Below, in pieces: positions 50,201-58,050 of a stretch of DNA of 64,000 bases (its first letter is position 1; each line of letters begins with the position of its first letter). Below the pieces are notes generated by a model, which made no database searches, was not told where the DNA came from, and worked only from the letters and a program-made list of their open reading frames with translations. The position numbers and the translations under genes were made by a program. Origin of the DNA: Nemertoderma westbladi (Eukaryota; Animalia; Xenacoelomorpha); contig JAUCBJ010005433.1 of assembly GCA_032718475.1 (NCBI GenBank), forward strand, positions 23,758 through 87,757, read 5' to 3'.

Positions 50201-50321
50201 AAGCGTGAAATACGGTTCTACTTTATTTAAATATAATGTGTATTTATCTTTATTTGTATTTATATAGCTTACCTCCACCAGCCCCAGTTACCAAGGCTAC
50301 TCGTCCCCCGAAACTAAGCAT
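5039..50321 (-). CDS. HSD17B4: Peroxisomal multifunctional enzyme type 2 (SDR 3R-hydroxyacyl-CoA dehydrogenase + hydratase 2), multi-exon span; 3' end not found in window
   Basis: Twelve exon positions joined by GT-AG introns with consistent phases. They give [53 protein letters not shown] and [10 protein letters not shown], all recognisable MFE-2 motifs. An acceptor TTTACAG lies 12 nt before the ATG and a candidate UTR donor is at 51026. Confidence 0.95.
5617..5697 (-). CDS. HSD17B4: HSD17B4 exon 11 (hydratase 2 catalytic motif)
   Basis: ttttag|GA...GGA G|gtgagg; encodes [27 protein letters not shown]. Confidence 0.92.
5787..5859 (-). mobile_element. tRNA-derived SINE head or degenerate tRNA pseudogene (TCC in anticodon position)
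   Basis: The minus strand has A-box TAGCTGAATGG and B-box-like GTTCGATCC at tRNA spacing. The acceptor, anticodon and T stems do not pair, so this is not a functional tRNA. Confidence 0.5.
6592..6753 (-). CDS. HSD17B4: HSD17B4 exon 10
   Basis: attttag|TG GAA...ATC G|gtgagt; encodes [29 protein letters not shown]...[14 protein letters not shown]. Confidence 0.9.
6780..8110 (+). mobile_element. Decayed LINE ORF2 fragment (RT to C-terminal Cys/His knuckle)
   Basis: Frameshifted pieces [41 protein letters not shown] and CKFC...HCLSCP. Confidence 0.75.
8205..9354 (+). mobile_element. Non-autonomous Helitron/Helentron (DINE-1/HINE-like)
   Basis: Subterminal inverted repeat AGCAAGTCGT (8207-8216) / ACGACTTGCT (9318-9327); 5' (CTACTG[G/A])n microsatellite; 3' hairpin ACGGGCC-GGTA-GGCCCGT (9330-9347) followed by CTAG (9350-9353). 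Confidence 0.65.
9449..9780. mobile_element. MITE-like foldback with about 60 bp inverted arms
   Basis: aaaggtaccttaaat...aaattaaatattcgcgaaattaagttaatatgt (~9492-9550) is inverted at ~9710-9768; outer ttggttagaa / ttctaaccaa. Confidence 0.55.
10115..10238 (-). CDS. HSD17B4: HSD17B4 exon 9
   Basis: ttacag|GTG CTG CAC...AAT G|gtgagt; encodes [41 protein letters not shown]; starts in phase 0. Confidence 0.93.
10949..12350 (+). pseudogene. IS3EU DDE transposase pseudogene
   Basis: [14 protein letters not shown]...GYRMMH...[35 protein letters not shown]...[12 protein letters not shown]...[11 protein letters not shown]...WNTHRI; in-frame stops near 11054 and 11305, a frameshift near 11270, and a 3' end replaced by a minisatellite. 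Confidence 0.85.
11405..11770. mobile_element. AT-rich TIR-bounded insertion (MITE or intron) inside the IS3EU transposase
   Basis: GGGTAAAAATGACTAAATGTGACC versus reverse complement of the right end GGGTCAAAATCACTTTAATGTGCCC; also reads as a GT..AG intron at 11407-11775. Confidence 0.5.
12361..14159. repeat. 20-bp minisatellite, about 90 units, derived from the IS3EU subterminal repeat
   Basis: Unit TATCTCCGGG + CCGGACTTAG / CCTGAGATAG / CCAGACATAG / TCGGACTTAG; two inverted copies sit in the left TIR at ~10645-10684. Confidence 0.95.
16086..16249 (-). CDS. HSD17B4: HSD17B4 exon 8b (candidate mutually exclusive exon)
   Basis: tttattttag|TG GGA GCT...TCT AAG|gtttcc; 164 bp, open, phase 1 to 0; encodes [55 protein letters not shown]. 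Not in the ORF track. Confidence 0.85.
16664..17227 (-). CDS. DENR: Density-regulated protein (translation re-initiation/recycling factor), intronless, nested
   Basis: [20 protein letters not shown]...C zinc-binding motif, [10 protein letters not shown], and SUI1 domain [13 protein letters not shown]...[12 protein letters not shown]...IQGDI. First true ATG at 17227; the ORF-track start at 17320 is not ATG. Confidence 0.93.
   Translation of the reverse strand: MTSSGDELPRTVDAETSDPVGPGTDDDSVARVSYPLRVAYCGECSLPLEYCEFSGRFEKCLEWREKHLPEEYAAAVESGAAEPEDEKKRQKRGGKGQKKRGKDKSDPNPVKIHTEQRGKKKNVTIVTGLKSHEVNLKDATRLFSKRFAASSSVTNDDEVTIQGDIADDLVDFLQDKLNINDDYIEVL
18681..18841 (-). CDS. HSD17B4: HSD17B4 exon 8a (candidate mutually exclusive exon)
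   Basis: cattgcag|TC GGC ATG...TCT AAG|gtacat; 161 bp, open, phase 1 to 0; encodes [54 protein letters not shown]. Confidence 0.85.
19194..19433 (-). CDS. HSD17B4: HSD17B4 exon 7 (linker + start of hydratase)
   Basis: ttaatag|AC TTT...AGT G|gtaagt; ends [14 protein letters not shown]; 240 bp, phase 1 to 1. Confidence 0.88.
19834..19962 (-). CDS. HSD17B4: HSD17B4 exon 6
   Basis: tttcag|TT CGT TGG...TCA G|gttggt; encodes [11 protein letters not shown]...[15 protein letters not shown]. Confidence 0.88.
20191..26522. repeat. 31-33 bp tandem array (about 200 units, 6.3 kb) built from the exon 5 end and its splice donor
   Basis: Minus-strand unit ATAGGAGAGGGCGGCTCAAG|GTAAGTTAAACT; continuous with the exon 5 end AAGCGGCTCAAG|GTAAGTTAAACT. 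Confidence 0.97.
26513..26752 (-). CDS. HSD17B4: HSD17B4 exon 5
   Basis: tttttag|GT AAA CTT...CAA G|gtaagt; encodes [16 protein letters not shown]...[12 protein letters not shown]...[13 protein letters not shown]...GGLFE. Confidence 0.93.
27297..28744. mobile_element. Non-autonomous TIR DNA transposon, probably with a TTAA target
   Basis: About 75 bp inverted termini aagcgccgtttacgctaaaactatctg... / ...cagatagttttggcgtaaacggcgctt; internal degenerate ~150 bp repeats with ctgt microsatellites. Confidence 0.7.
28876..33901 (+). mobile_element. Full-length but decayed Ty3/Gypsy (Mag-like) LTR retrotransposon
   Basis: 5' LTR 28876-29098 and 3' LTR 33754-33901 (both TGT...ACA); 5-bp TSD CTGAC (28871-75 and 33902-06); PBS TGGCGCAG at 29099; purine tract at ~33728-33751. 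Confidence 0.93.
29188..33773 (+). pseudogene. Gypsy gag-pol, disrupted
   Basis: Two CCHC knuckles, protease LCDPGA, RT ([17 protein letters not shown]), RNase H (ETDAA, YSATEIE), integrase ([19 protein letters not shown]); several stops and frameshifts. Confidence 0.9.
33907..34056 (-). CDS. HSD17B4: HSD17B4 exon 4 (SDR active site)
   Basis: tttcag|AT ATG GTT...GCA G|gtcagt; encodes [50 protein letters not shown]. Confidence 0.94.
34113..34290. repeat. Low-complexity (AGCAACAAY)n-like repeat in intron
   Basis: Repeated agcaacaa / gagcaac motifs. Confidence 0.7.
35378..36019 (+). CDS. CPTP: Ceramide-1-phosphate transfer protein (GLTP domain), intronless, nested antisense
   Basis: [43 protein letters not shown] and C-terminal LLDIP match CPTP/GLTPD1 motifs. 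Confidence 0.88.
   Translation: MDPGKFSVARLRDYCIQSVDDLNGEVNIPFYLKSWQEILLFFNTMGSVFNFLTSDVKSKMNTVQTSLDDDQIASHYQYIGKMLKYELDNDLIDLVHYGKLSGARQLLRLHRAFKFVALLLQGLETSLESDNSHKIASKSYEHSLAPYHTWLIRHTVYFALRALPSRKTLFLRLFGDREETDAKQELNSAVDALNRTYELTNSLYDQLNLLDIP
37608..37960. repeat. 28-bp minisatellite, about 12 copies
   Basis: Unit ATGGTGCCAGTCTGTCTACGTGTGTATG. Confidence 0.92.
38911..39737. mobile_element. Non-autonomous TIR element with 4-bp ATAT TSD (Sola1-like)
   Basis: CGATGGTGTTTTATCATAACGACTCAA / TTGAGTGGTTATGATAAAACACCATCG flanked by ATAT; internal repeats of cataaccactcaaa. Superfamily inferred only from the TSD. Confidence 0.65.
40358..41488 (+). CDS. selU: tRNA 2-selenouridine / geranyl-2-thiouridine synthase (SelU/MnmH/YbbB family), intronless
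   Basis: Rhodanese domain [37 protein letters not shown]; P-loop [10 protein letters not shown]; family motifs [38 protein letters not shown]. Confidence 0.93.
   Translation: MLNLVQLLGGSVKNYGSATLETISIPLQTPKKLLERPLLPKISEIIDVRSPLEFSNDHIPGAINLPLLSNHQRSYIGQQYKKSKFEARKTGAEIITANISEHIKEHFVDKSHDYIPLVYCERGRLRSSSLAAVLQQIGFEVFTLDEGYKHYRGRVRDTLDSLPLDLRFRVISGKTGTGKSLILNRLRSAGEQVLDLEDLAKHKGSVLGEFHNEAQPTQKYFDSLICKELLGFNPDRTVWIESESRRIGKVTIPRCLFEKLKDSQRIVLVVPIEERIAHILKDYPNLVEAPDAIRPLLQRLVRVVSADRIAYWNQCVDKRWANEFVDSMLQDYYDRLYQHSQEKNCNVGVKKRTVSLDKINADHIDNKLQEILNEDC
41597..42940 (+). CDS. TRMT6: tRNA m1A58 methyltransferase non-catalytic subunit (Gcd10/Trm6), intronless
   Basis: [61 protein letters not shown]. 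First ATG at 41597; the track start at 41546 is GTG. Confidence 0.93.
   Translation: MDNNNIQRGRCVILEKEGDKGSSLKPFTIPVSAGERDTVRFDKFRFSIASIIGQPLGSRFQLDDKSTEGRGSTVLQRWIPSRTPVEIEGHGDGVGSDNRSLIDDSTAQRLDESDIQRMKNDGVSGGAIVASLIEGSATFAGKTKFSQEKYVKKKRKKHDVILTVSKPTLRSVARLAFQRNMINHGFALRSDSLALLLTSADLHSGCRVLFHETCQGVLTAGVVQHLAGNGLAVGLYQSTSPNSYVSLQYMNFSEECSRTLVPLTFEDVRGIKNHLKNKTGETQGVNEVPMVEDDVSININVEEPLDKKMKIDDSEGLISSAMEVAPKEAVNGDNLRKSIRDNKQVMSTFEKGDFDCVIIATRLAPGPILAACLPYLRASRTFAVYSEVPSAILECWDIAKSAGAINLKVERTWLRDYQVLEDRTHPVVTMTSNAFRFILTGHTVHNE
43495..44774. mobile_element. Non-autonomous hAT transposon
   Basis: TIR TAGGGATGCGGCAGAG / CTCTGTCGCATCCCTA (15/16); perfect 8-bp TSD AAACCAAA; subterminal ctccgg motifs. 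Confidence 0.88.
44935..45550 (-). mobile_element. 5'-truncated LINE (RTE-like) 3' fragment
   Basis: [12 protein letters not shown]...[12 protein letters not shown]...[19 protein letters not shown]...[10 protein letters not shown]...RLRFAGH is the typical post-RT region; AT microsatellite tail. Confidence 0.75.
46124..47074 (+). mobile_element. Internally deleted IS3EU element with about 190 bp inverted arms
   Basis: TACGGAGCCCGGGAAGGGACATG / CATGTCCCTTCCCGGGCTCCGTA; perfect 6-bp TSD GATTTG; palindromic subterminal repeats ctaacacgag..ctcgtgttag; truncated ORF at 46426-46812. Confidence 0.88.
48427..48555 (-). CDS. HSD17B4: HSD17B4 exon 3
   Basis: atgtag|AT TCT GTG...TGG G|gttagt; encodes [43 protein letters not shown]. 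Not in the ORF track. Confidence 0.94.
49134..49383. repeat. 29-bp tandem array built from the exon 2 end and its splice donor
   Basis: Minus-strand unit GGCCGGAAGGTCCCTAGTTACG|GTGAGTC; about 8 extra copies, decaying away from the exon. Confidence 0.95.
49375..49536 (-). CDS. HSD17B4: HSD17B4 exon 2
   Basis: ttacag|GG TTG GGT...TAC G|gtgagt; encodes [23 protein letters not shown]...[19 protein letters not shown]. Confidence 0.94.
50273..50321 (-). CDS. HSD17B4: HSD17B4 first coding exon
   Basis: Starts at ATG; encodes [16 protein letters not shown], then G|gtaagc; Rossmann TGxxxGxG start. Confidence 0.9.
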
Positions 50322-52009
50322 CCTGCCAGCTCTCTGTAAACGTCGTTTAATTTAAAACCAAAAAAACAAGAAAAAATAATTTCGAGGCATTATCAATGTA
50401 AAATTAAATAAAAGTGACATACATTAAGACGCAAGGAACAGTACGGCTCTTGTCATATTAGTTAATTGATTTAATGAAAAACTGCATTAACACATAATGA
50501 GATATCGAAGTTTGTTAGTAACAGTATAAAATAATAGAAAACACATGTTCTAGTCCTTCACTTCGCCCCTTCCTGAAGTTATCTGATTATAGGAGAATTC
50601 GGTACCTACTGTATTATACTGTAGTTGATACTGGTAGTTGGATAATTATGAACATAGCATTTTGTTTCACACCGTATTACAAGAATCCAGTATTATACTG
50701 TTTACCTACAAACTATCATCAATCTACATAAATCATTAAATCGTAGTATTCTTATAAATAGAAACTAATGTCGTCATAATTAGTATGACGACAGCATGAA
50801 CTAATTGCAATTGGGAAATATCTCTGAGTGTAACTTTATTTCGAGTTCTGTCCACGCCACGACCCACCTCAGTACTTTGACCTGTATTTTGGTTTGGGTT
50901 TAGATTAGGTCTACATTAGGAGATTTACAGTACAGTATTCAGTCAGGTCAGGCAGTACACAGTAGGTACCGGTACGATCTCCAAACGCCAAAGGAACAAG
51001 AAAATTCGAAGTTCCGAAAGCTTACCTTACAGGCCTAGCAGCCTAGGACACTCTGCTCTGATCCTGAACTGGATTTACAAGGCTCAAATCGAGTCTAATC
51101 TGAAATATTATATGAAATTTCTGATATAAACGATGCCTTCGGACTATACGCTGTAGGCAGTGTATAGGTTGGGTTAGGGACTCTGAAGCTAGCTTAGGGC
51201 GCTTGCCACTAGTCCTCTCTCACCTCACTATGCATACATACACAAAGAGGGCATTCACAATCATCCGTAGAATTTCAGACACAATTCCCACTCTGCCACT
51301 CACTGACTGACTGTGACTGACTGTGTGCGGTACAGCGGTGCGGTAGGAGGGCTAGCACTTCCATTTAGTATTAGTAGCACTACAGCTACTCATACTTCTG
51401 ATACTTCTACCTGCGGACCTGACCTGTGAGTGTATTTTTTACTTATGTAAAAATTTAAAAGTGGACTAGAATAAAACCTAAAAATTACTACCGGTAACAA
51501 CTGCAGCAATCAACATCAACATCAATGCCTACTTTTCAGAAATTCCGGACTGTACTTACATCGAGTAGATTAGTAGGCATTGGTCTTGCACCCACTTACT
51601 ACCGGTACTGCGGTACAGACTGTTGAACAAAAGTGTTTGAAATATCGTATTAATTTAAATTTCCCTCCCTCATTCGAATAGGTAAATATTGTTCAACTGA
51701 TGATATACTGTAGTCAATACACTATTATGGACACTAAATGTAGCATTTATGTCATATACTTTATTGCCATTCGCAAACTTTGCCATTTTAAGGTTGAACT
51801 GAAGGTTGAACTATTTCTGCAGCTGAGCTTAACAGGTAACCTCTGTGAAGGCAGTAGGCCGCTATACCCAAACCTCATAGTCACCTATGCCGCCTCTGAG
51901 TCAATCAATGAACGATGCTCTACGGCCTATTTATTTCACCCCTGTCCGTGACGCTCCTCCTCACACCACACAGGGATGCGCGAGCGAAATGACAATCACT
52001 GACAGCAAT

Positions 52010-52445
52010 AATGCAATCAGTTGACATGTCATCTGATCACTGACTGAATGATTGTGGAACCAATAAGCTGTGAGCTGTCATTTGATGATCACTAACTGCA
52101 TGCTTGAGTAATAATCAATCAGCTGACAGCTGTCACCTGATCACTAACTGCATGCTTGTGGAACAAATCAAGCTGACATGTCATCTGATCACTGACTGCA
52201 TGCTTGTGGAACCAATCAGCTGACATGTCATCTGATCACTTTCTACCATCATGTTTGTGGAATCAATCAGCTGACAGCTGTATTCTGATCACTAACCTCA
52301 TGCTTGTGGAACCAATCAGCTGACATGTCATCTAATCATTGACTACATGCTTGTGGAACCAATCAGCTGACATGTCATCTGTTCCATGACTGCATGATTG
52401 TAGAACCAATCAGCTGGCATCTGATCACTGAGTGCATCTTGTGGA
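52010..52445. repeat. Degenerate ~47-bp tandem repeat, about 9 copies
   Basis: Unit like tgcatgcttgtggaaccaatcagctgacatgtcatctgatcactgac. Confidence 0.85.
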
Positions 52446-52646
52446 ATCCAGTCGATTTTTATCGAGTTGTGCACGGATACCTACCGGTAAGGTTTTTTAC
52501 TATTATCAGCTTTTCCTCACATCAAATAATAATAATGAACTAACTATAACAAATGGGTTATTTAATGAAACAATAGGGCCTATGGTTAAATATTTAGTTT
52601 CGCAAAGACAACCACACAATGAACGAATTCACAGGGTAAATTACAC

Positions 52647-53816
52647 CTAATTGACGCCATTATCTCTAAGAATTAGGTCCGCTTTATGGTAGCCCAATAA
52701 TCCAAGGTCTACGAATTTCCCACACCGATCGAATATGTAGTCTGCCATTCCGAGGCTGACACTGTCCATCCAAGACGCGGCTATCGCCGATGATGATTTT
52801 GATTCTGTAGTGTTTCGACCTTCTCGAGCCCAAAGCAGCTGATGATACGTTTTGTAAAAATCGTTGTTTTGAATAAATTTATCGACATCTTCGTGACTTC
52901 TGACGCTGGTAAATTTAACGAGATCTTCATAAACACCTTTAGTATCAGCTGATAGGTCTTCGTACCTTAGAAACATAACTCCGTTTCGTAGATGTTCTTC
53001 AATCAGATAGTCATTGACAATATCATCCAACCATCTGCAATAATCTTCTATCATGTCGTCAATAATGTAGAATGGTGCCTCACTAATTGCCACGTTGCTA
53101 GCGGTTGCTAGGGAATTCAATCGACCAATCGGATGTCGGACTAACACGATTAGCCTCATACCACCTCCGATTATGAGATTTTGAAATATTTTTAACGAAT
53201 TAACGTCTGTCAACTTAGCGACAGTGGATTTATGTTCGGAGCAAATTTCGCTGACATTGTGGCACATGGCTCCACAGCCTTGCAAATTCATACCTCCAGA
53301 AGCTGCTGTTTGTTCGCATTCTTTGGAGCGATTAATAGCATTTTGAAGGCAACTATTTTCTATGAAAGGAATTGGGGGCCAATTGCAATTAAAGATGGCA
53401 TCCAACATTGGGGATACACTGTCTTCAGTCCTGTTAACTAAAATACCATAAAACAGATCGCAATTTACGTCATCATCTCCGCATGACAAGTTGTAAACTT
53501 GTAATAAATTTAAACCTAAATTCATTTTTGTTTGTATATTAATAGGCATAAACGGCTCAAACAAATAAAATATGTTGGGATTTTGGTTGAATAATTCCCC
53601 TAAAAAGGATGACCCCGACCGAATTCGTGTTAAGATGGCCACATTATGTCTCACTGCATCTTCTACTTCATCACTGAGTTCAGGAGTGTTATCCTGGAGG
53701 AATACGGAATTGGAGAGATTTTTTTGTGATTGAAAACGAATAATGAGATACAAAGAAGATACGGCTGAACAGAGAATGATACAGATTAAGACATGTGTTG
53801 GAGGTAAGCGAAACAT
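52647..53816 (-). CDS. Golgi carbohydrate 6-O-sulfotransferase (CHST1/3/5-like), intronless
   Basis: N-terminal transmembrane anchor; 5'-PSB TRIRSGSSFLGELFNQNPNIFYLFEP; 3'-PB LVRHP....S; LRYEDL. Confidence 0.85.
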   Translation of the reverse strand: MFRLPPTHVLICIILCSAVSSLYLIIRFQSQKNLSNSVFLQDNTPELSDEVEDAVRHNVAILTRIRSGSSFLGELFNQNPNIFYLFEPFMPINIQTKMNLGLNLLQVYNLSCGDDDVNCDLFYGILVNRTEDSVSPMLDAIFNCNWPPIPFIENSCLQNAINRSKECEQTAASGGMNLQGCGAMCHNVSEICSEHKSTVAKLTDVNSLKIFQNLIIGGGMRLIVLVRHPIGRLNSLATASNVAISEAPFYIIDDMIEDYCRWLDDIVNDYLIEEHLRNGVMFLRYEDLSADTKGVYEDLVKFTSVRSHEDVDKFIQNNDFYKTYHQLLWAREGRNTTESKSSSAIAASWMDSVSLGMADYIFDRCGKFVDLGLLGYHKADLILRDNGVN

Positions 53817-54315
53817 CAGTAGATATAAATAATATTAAGAGTTTCACGTTCATAAAGTTTTAAATAATCATTTGTTTTGTAAAGTTAAGACTATTGGCAA
53901 TCTATGCGGATAGTAGAAGCTCCCAGTTCGCTCTAGGCTATACATATGCGCCACAACAATAAACGATAATTATGCCATGGTATTGTATTTTACGGATTGC
54001 TTTTATTATATTGTACATAATAACCATACAACCAGTCCATTAAACAACCATGGGCATTGTAATTGGACTAATGTCTACAATTACTGTACATTGATTGCTA
54101 TGTACCAGAGGAACTTCTAAGGGGCATATTAAATATAGATACAGTAGATAAATAGCACAACAGTACAGGATTACTGACGATTGAAAGGAAACTGTAGCTG
54201 CAGTTGTCATCACACATATATTCCATAAATTTATACGTCAAATTATGAAACAATAAATTAATAAAGTAATATTATTAATCCCCCAATGTATAAAATGACG
54301 CATAAAATGATAAAA

Positions 54316-54703
54316 TTATTCAAAATAGATACCAAAGACATGACCTATGCAGAACATAGTTTTATTAGAGAATGAGTATGAAGCATAACTATCGTACCGC
54401 GGATCCCACAGACATTCACTGGCGTCGGTGACTCCCTGGTCATTTATCCCACCAAGAACTATATACGCCACAATCTTGTATCTGGAGTATTCCATGTGTC
54501 TGACGCGGCGTTTAACGATGTCGGATATCTTGGTTACGAGTTGGCGAGCGAGTTCAGGACTGTATTCCACATCATTGAGGTTAGCTTCGATGACTTCCTT
54601 AAGAATTTCTCGAACTTTACCCGGTTGAAACACTCCCTTTTCATCGGGTCCAAGTTTAAAAGTGGGTTGATATTTTCTTGCCACTTTATTAGTTTTGAAT
54701 CGC
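54316..54703 (-). CDS. Tctex1-type dynein light chain domain protein, last exon
   Basis: attttag|G CGA TTC; encodes YQPTFKLGP..F....VREIL...Y......ISDIVKRRV..YSRYKIV...SECLWDPRYDSYASYSFSN..F.....FGIYFE*, the TCTEX1D signature. Confidence 0.9.
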
Positions 54704-54842
54704 CTAAAATGTAGGAAATAATACTTTATTCACACACCGGAAATTACTGCATTTTCTTTACTATAACGCCAGCAAGCTGGCTTTAAACGAACCTGTCTTT
54801 CAAGTTCAAGGTTCAACTGTATAAAGTAATGCTCTTCAATAA

Positions 54843-55043
54843 GAAAAAAGTATCGGAAAGAAGCACTTTTAGTCACAAATTTTAATTAACCGAAATTCAA
54901 TTAATCTATCTGGGTGTATTGAGATTTGCACGAGTAAGGAGGCTTTTAAAATTCCATCGAGTGCAAAACTCAATACACGAGGGCAGAATATCTGAATTTC
55001 GGTTACTGAAATTAATTACAAGGAGTTCTTTCCGACACGTTTT
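54843..55043. mobile_element. About 200 bp foldback MITE in intron
   Basis: Nested inverted arms tcggaaagaa/ttctttccga, taaccgaaattca/tgaatttcggtta and gtgtattgagatttgcac/gtgcaaaactcaatacac. Confidence 0.7.
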
Positions 55044-55742
55044 AGGCACTAATGTAATAAATATTGATGAAAAATCCAAATAATATCTTTAACCGAAAAG
55101 CATAGTAATATAACTTTTTGATCAAGTTCTGCAGATATGGCGGCCCATGAAAAATATACCAGATTTTCTGCCGTATATTTTCACTTTGCAGTTTACCCCA
55201 ATGTGAAGAATACCCGGTTTTCATTAAAAATACAGGTTACAGAAGGGCTGAATCTAACCAAAACAACAGGTTATAAGACTGAAATGGCGTAAAAAAACAC
55301 TTTATAAGGTACATTTAAAAAAATACGAATTCTTCATATAGGCCTATAAAATTTCAATGTAATTTCGACAGAAAAGTGAATACCTGGTATTCTTCACATA
55401 GGCAGTAATAACATCATGAGCAATGCGAAATAAACTAAATCATATAGTTGCCTGAGTGATACACGGTTAGTCTATATAAATTGCATTTAGAACTGGTAAA
55501 AAATTGTTGGTTTGAAACAATGCCATTATAATGAGAAGAAATTTAATAATTATATTATTAACAATCAAACTCAAACAATCAATTGAATATTTACTAAATT
55601 GCTTCCATAATTACGCAGCGATTCAAATTATTGTACCTTTCAAATCCTGATGCTGCCTTACTCAATGTTAAATTGTGTGTTAAATAATTTTATGTTATGG
55701 AATATTTATTTATTTAAGTAGAGATCAGGCTCAACTACAAAC

Positions 55743-55787
55743 CAATATTGGATAGTGAGTTCCGTTTTGGAGTACTTCTTGTAGACA
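55743..55787 (-). CDS. Candidate 45-bp internal exon of the Tctex1-domain gene
   Basis: ctttag|T GTC TAC...TAT TG|gtttgt; phase 2 to 2, open (VYKKYSKTELTIQYW). Confidence 0.45.
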
Positions 55788-55974
55788 CTAAAGTTGCAAT
55801 AATTTTTGAGTGTCTGCATGGATTTAGCTCAAATTGCGTGCAAACCTTTTCTATTTCGATGCACTTTCGATTCATGTAATAAAATTTAATAAATTTGGTC
55901 CTTTTTCTGCCGGTTTTGGGGGATATTCTGATCAAAAATAACAATTTAAGAATAAAATACATTCCAAGCCTTAC

Positions 55975-55998
55975 CGTTTAGATTTTCTTGCTAAATGC
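55975..55998 (-). CDS. Candidate 24-bp microexon of the Tctex1-domain gene
   Basis: ctctgttcag|G CAT TTA GCA AGA AAA TCT AAA CG|gtaagg; phase 2 to 2. Confidence 0.55.
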
Positions 55999-56913
55999 CT
56001 GAACAGAGATGAATGTACTGTATTAGATAATAAAAGTATAGAACACTAATTAATTCTACGTAATCTCAGTTTAGCCTAAAAAATAACATCGGAAGCAACC
56101 AATTTAACAATATAATGTACAAAACTCCTATGAAATTTGGTGATATGTACCATTGAGTCTATCAAACAGCTTTTGGTACCCGGCTAAGTACCCTGGTTTA
56201 GTTTCTGGTATTGTTAGTTTAATCGACAGCTGTTGTAAACGTCCAAGATAAACAAAACCTACTAAGCTACTGTATTAATGTTTGGCATTCTATCAGATTT
56301 CAGTAGTAAGTAACCTCATAATAATTGCTAAATATCAATCACCTGAAAAACATTTCAAGCAAGGGAGTTGTGGGTATTTAATTTCGCGTTCAATAATGTT
56401 GAAAATATGCAAATATTTCGAATATCGCACTTCGAATCGTTCCCAACTTTTTTATTCAACAACTAGACAACAATTGATAAATACTTGCGTTTACAATTTT
56501 ACAATGCATGCAAGTGGTTTCAAGCCATTTGGTGAACATACATAGTGAGTGATATAGTGACATATATAGTGATATAGGTAAATATAGACATATATAGTGA
56601 GTGATATAGGTAAATATATCCATCGTGTTTTTGCCGGCCTCAGCTTTAAACAAAAACTACCCAGTCTAAAGACAGGTTCGTTATAATAGGTCAATATTGA
56701 AATGGTAATAAATCCAGCACTAAAACTACCCATGATGGAAATTTAATTCGCCGAAACTTTGCAAATAAATGCAAATAATTAGAATATAGCTTAAAATGAA
56801 AGTAAATGATGTTATCATACTGAAATCCATTACTAATTAAATACTTGAGATGATACTGATCAAGTAAGTACGATATGCCCCCCGCCCCAGCCTACCTACA
56901 GTACTCCACTTAC

Positions 56914-57308
56914 CTCATCAAGGTGAGTTTTTTCACAGATCCACGCAACTTGACCAAACTTACGCGAGTTGACCTTTGTTTGGGGCCGTTACTAGCTCGG
57001 TTATCAGAACCGGCAATCCCTGTAAACCCAACCTTTTTATCGCCAACAGGATTTGTAGTTGCACCTGCAAATTTCGCCCCTGTCACAGTTTTCGCCCCTG
57101 TCACAGTTTTCGCCCCTGCCACAGTTTTCGCCCCTGTCACAGTTTTTGCCCCTGTTACAGTTTTCGCCCCTGCCACAGTTTTCGCCCCTGCCACAGTTTT
57201 CGCCCCTGTCAAATTTTTCGTCGCTACCTCAGGTTTCGCTCCCGCCGAATGTTTCGGCCGAGTAGAAGAGCTAACTACAATGTTTGGCGGCCGACGTTGA
57301 TTAGACAT
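56914..57308 (-). CDS. Probable first exon of the Tctex1-domain gene, basic, with GAKTV(T/A) repeats
   Basis: ATG at 57308, open frame to ATG AG|gtaagt; phase 2 matches the downstream exons; 18-bp coding repeat at ~57070-57215. Confidence 0.6.
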
Positions 57309-58050
57309 TGTTTGTTCTTATTAATAGTAACAAGGTGTACATGTGAATTCTGTATTGTATATTCAAAAAATCAAAATAGCCTACGTAATGTTTAGTGCTG
57401 ACCAAACTTTCGAGTCAAAAGTTTGGTCATCGACCCGAGATCTTAAATTTTAATTATTTGGCACTCAAACACCACAAAGTTACTCAAAGTACGCTGAAAC
57501 GTCACTCACAACGAAACGTCAAAGTACGTCACTCAAAGTACGCTGAAAATTATAAACAGATTTTAATGTTTTAAAAAGTCAGTTTAATGCTCCGGTCCAT
57601 CTACAAAACATATAAAATGGCTACATTGAATGAATCTCTGTATCTGTAAACAAATACCTTTTTTTACAATGTCTTTGAAACCATATAAACAAAGACATTG
57701 CAATTATTAATTATAGTTACATTGTGCCATAAGAATAAGATCGGTTACTAGATAACAGAACAATCACAATAATTGCCTTTTGAACCTAAATTAAAAACAA
57801 AGCAATTGGCGAGCTCCTTGGAATTGTTTATGGTATCGCTGAACCCAACAATACAATTGCCAACTTCGTGTTTGCTCCTATAAAACACTTTGCCAATACC
57901 TAATGACCGAAACCGACGGTATGTAACTGTAAGAAAAAAGTCTAAGCAAGCATGCATAACCCAATTATTATAGTGTAATGCAAACACTTTAAGGGGAAGA
58001 ATTAATGTAATGTTAATTACCCGTCTCAGTGACTGTATCTTTGCTGCTTA

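Noticed and set aside
56875-57395. Plus-strand ORFs with APVTVF or RPCHSF repeats
   Set aside because: Other frames of an 18-bp repeat; only the minus frame has an ATG and a phase-compatible donor
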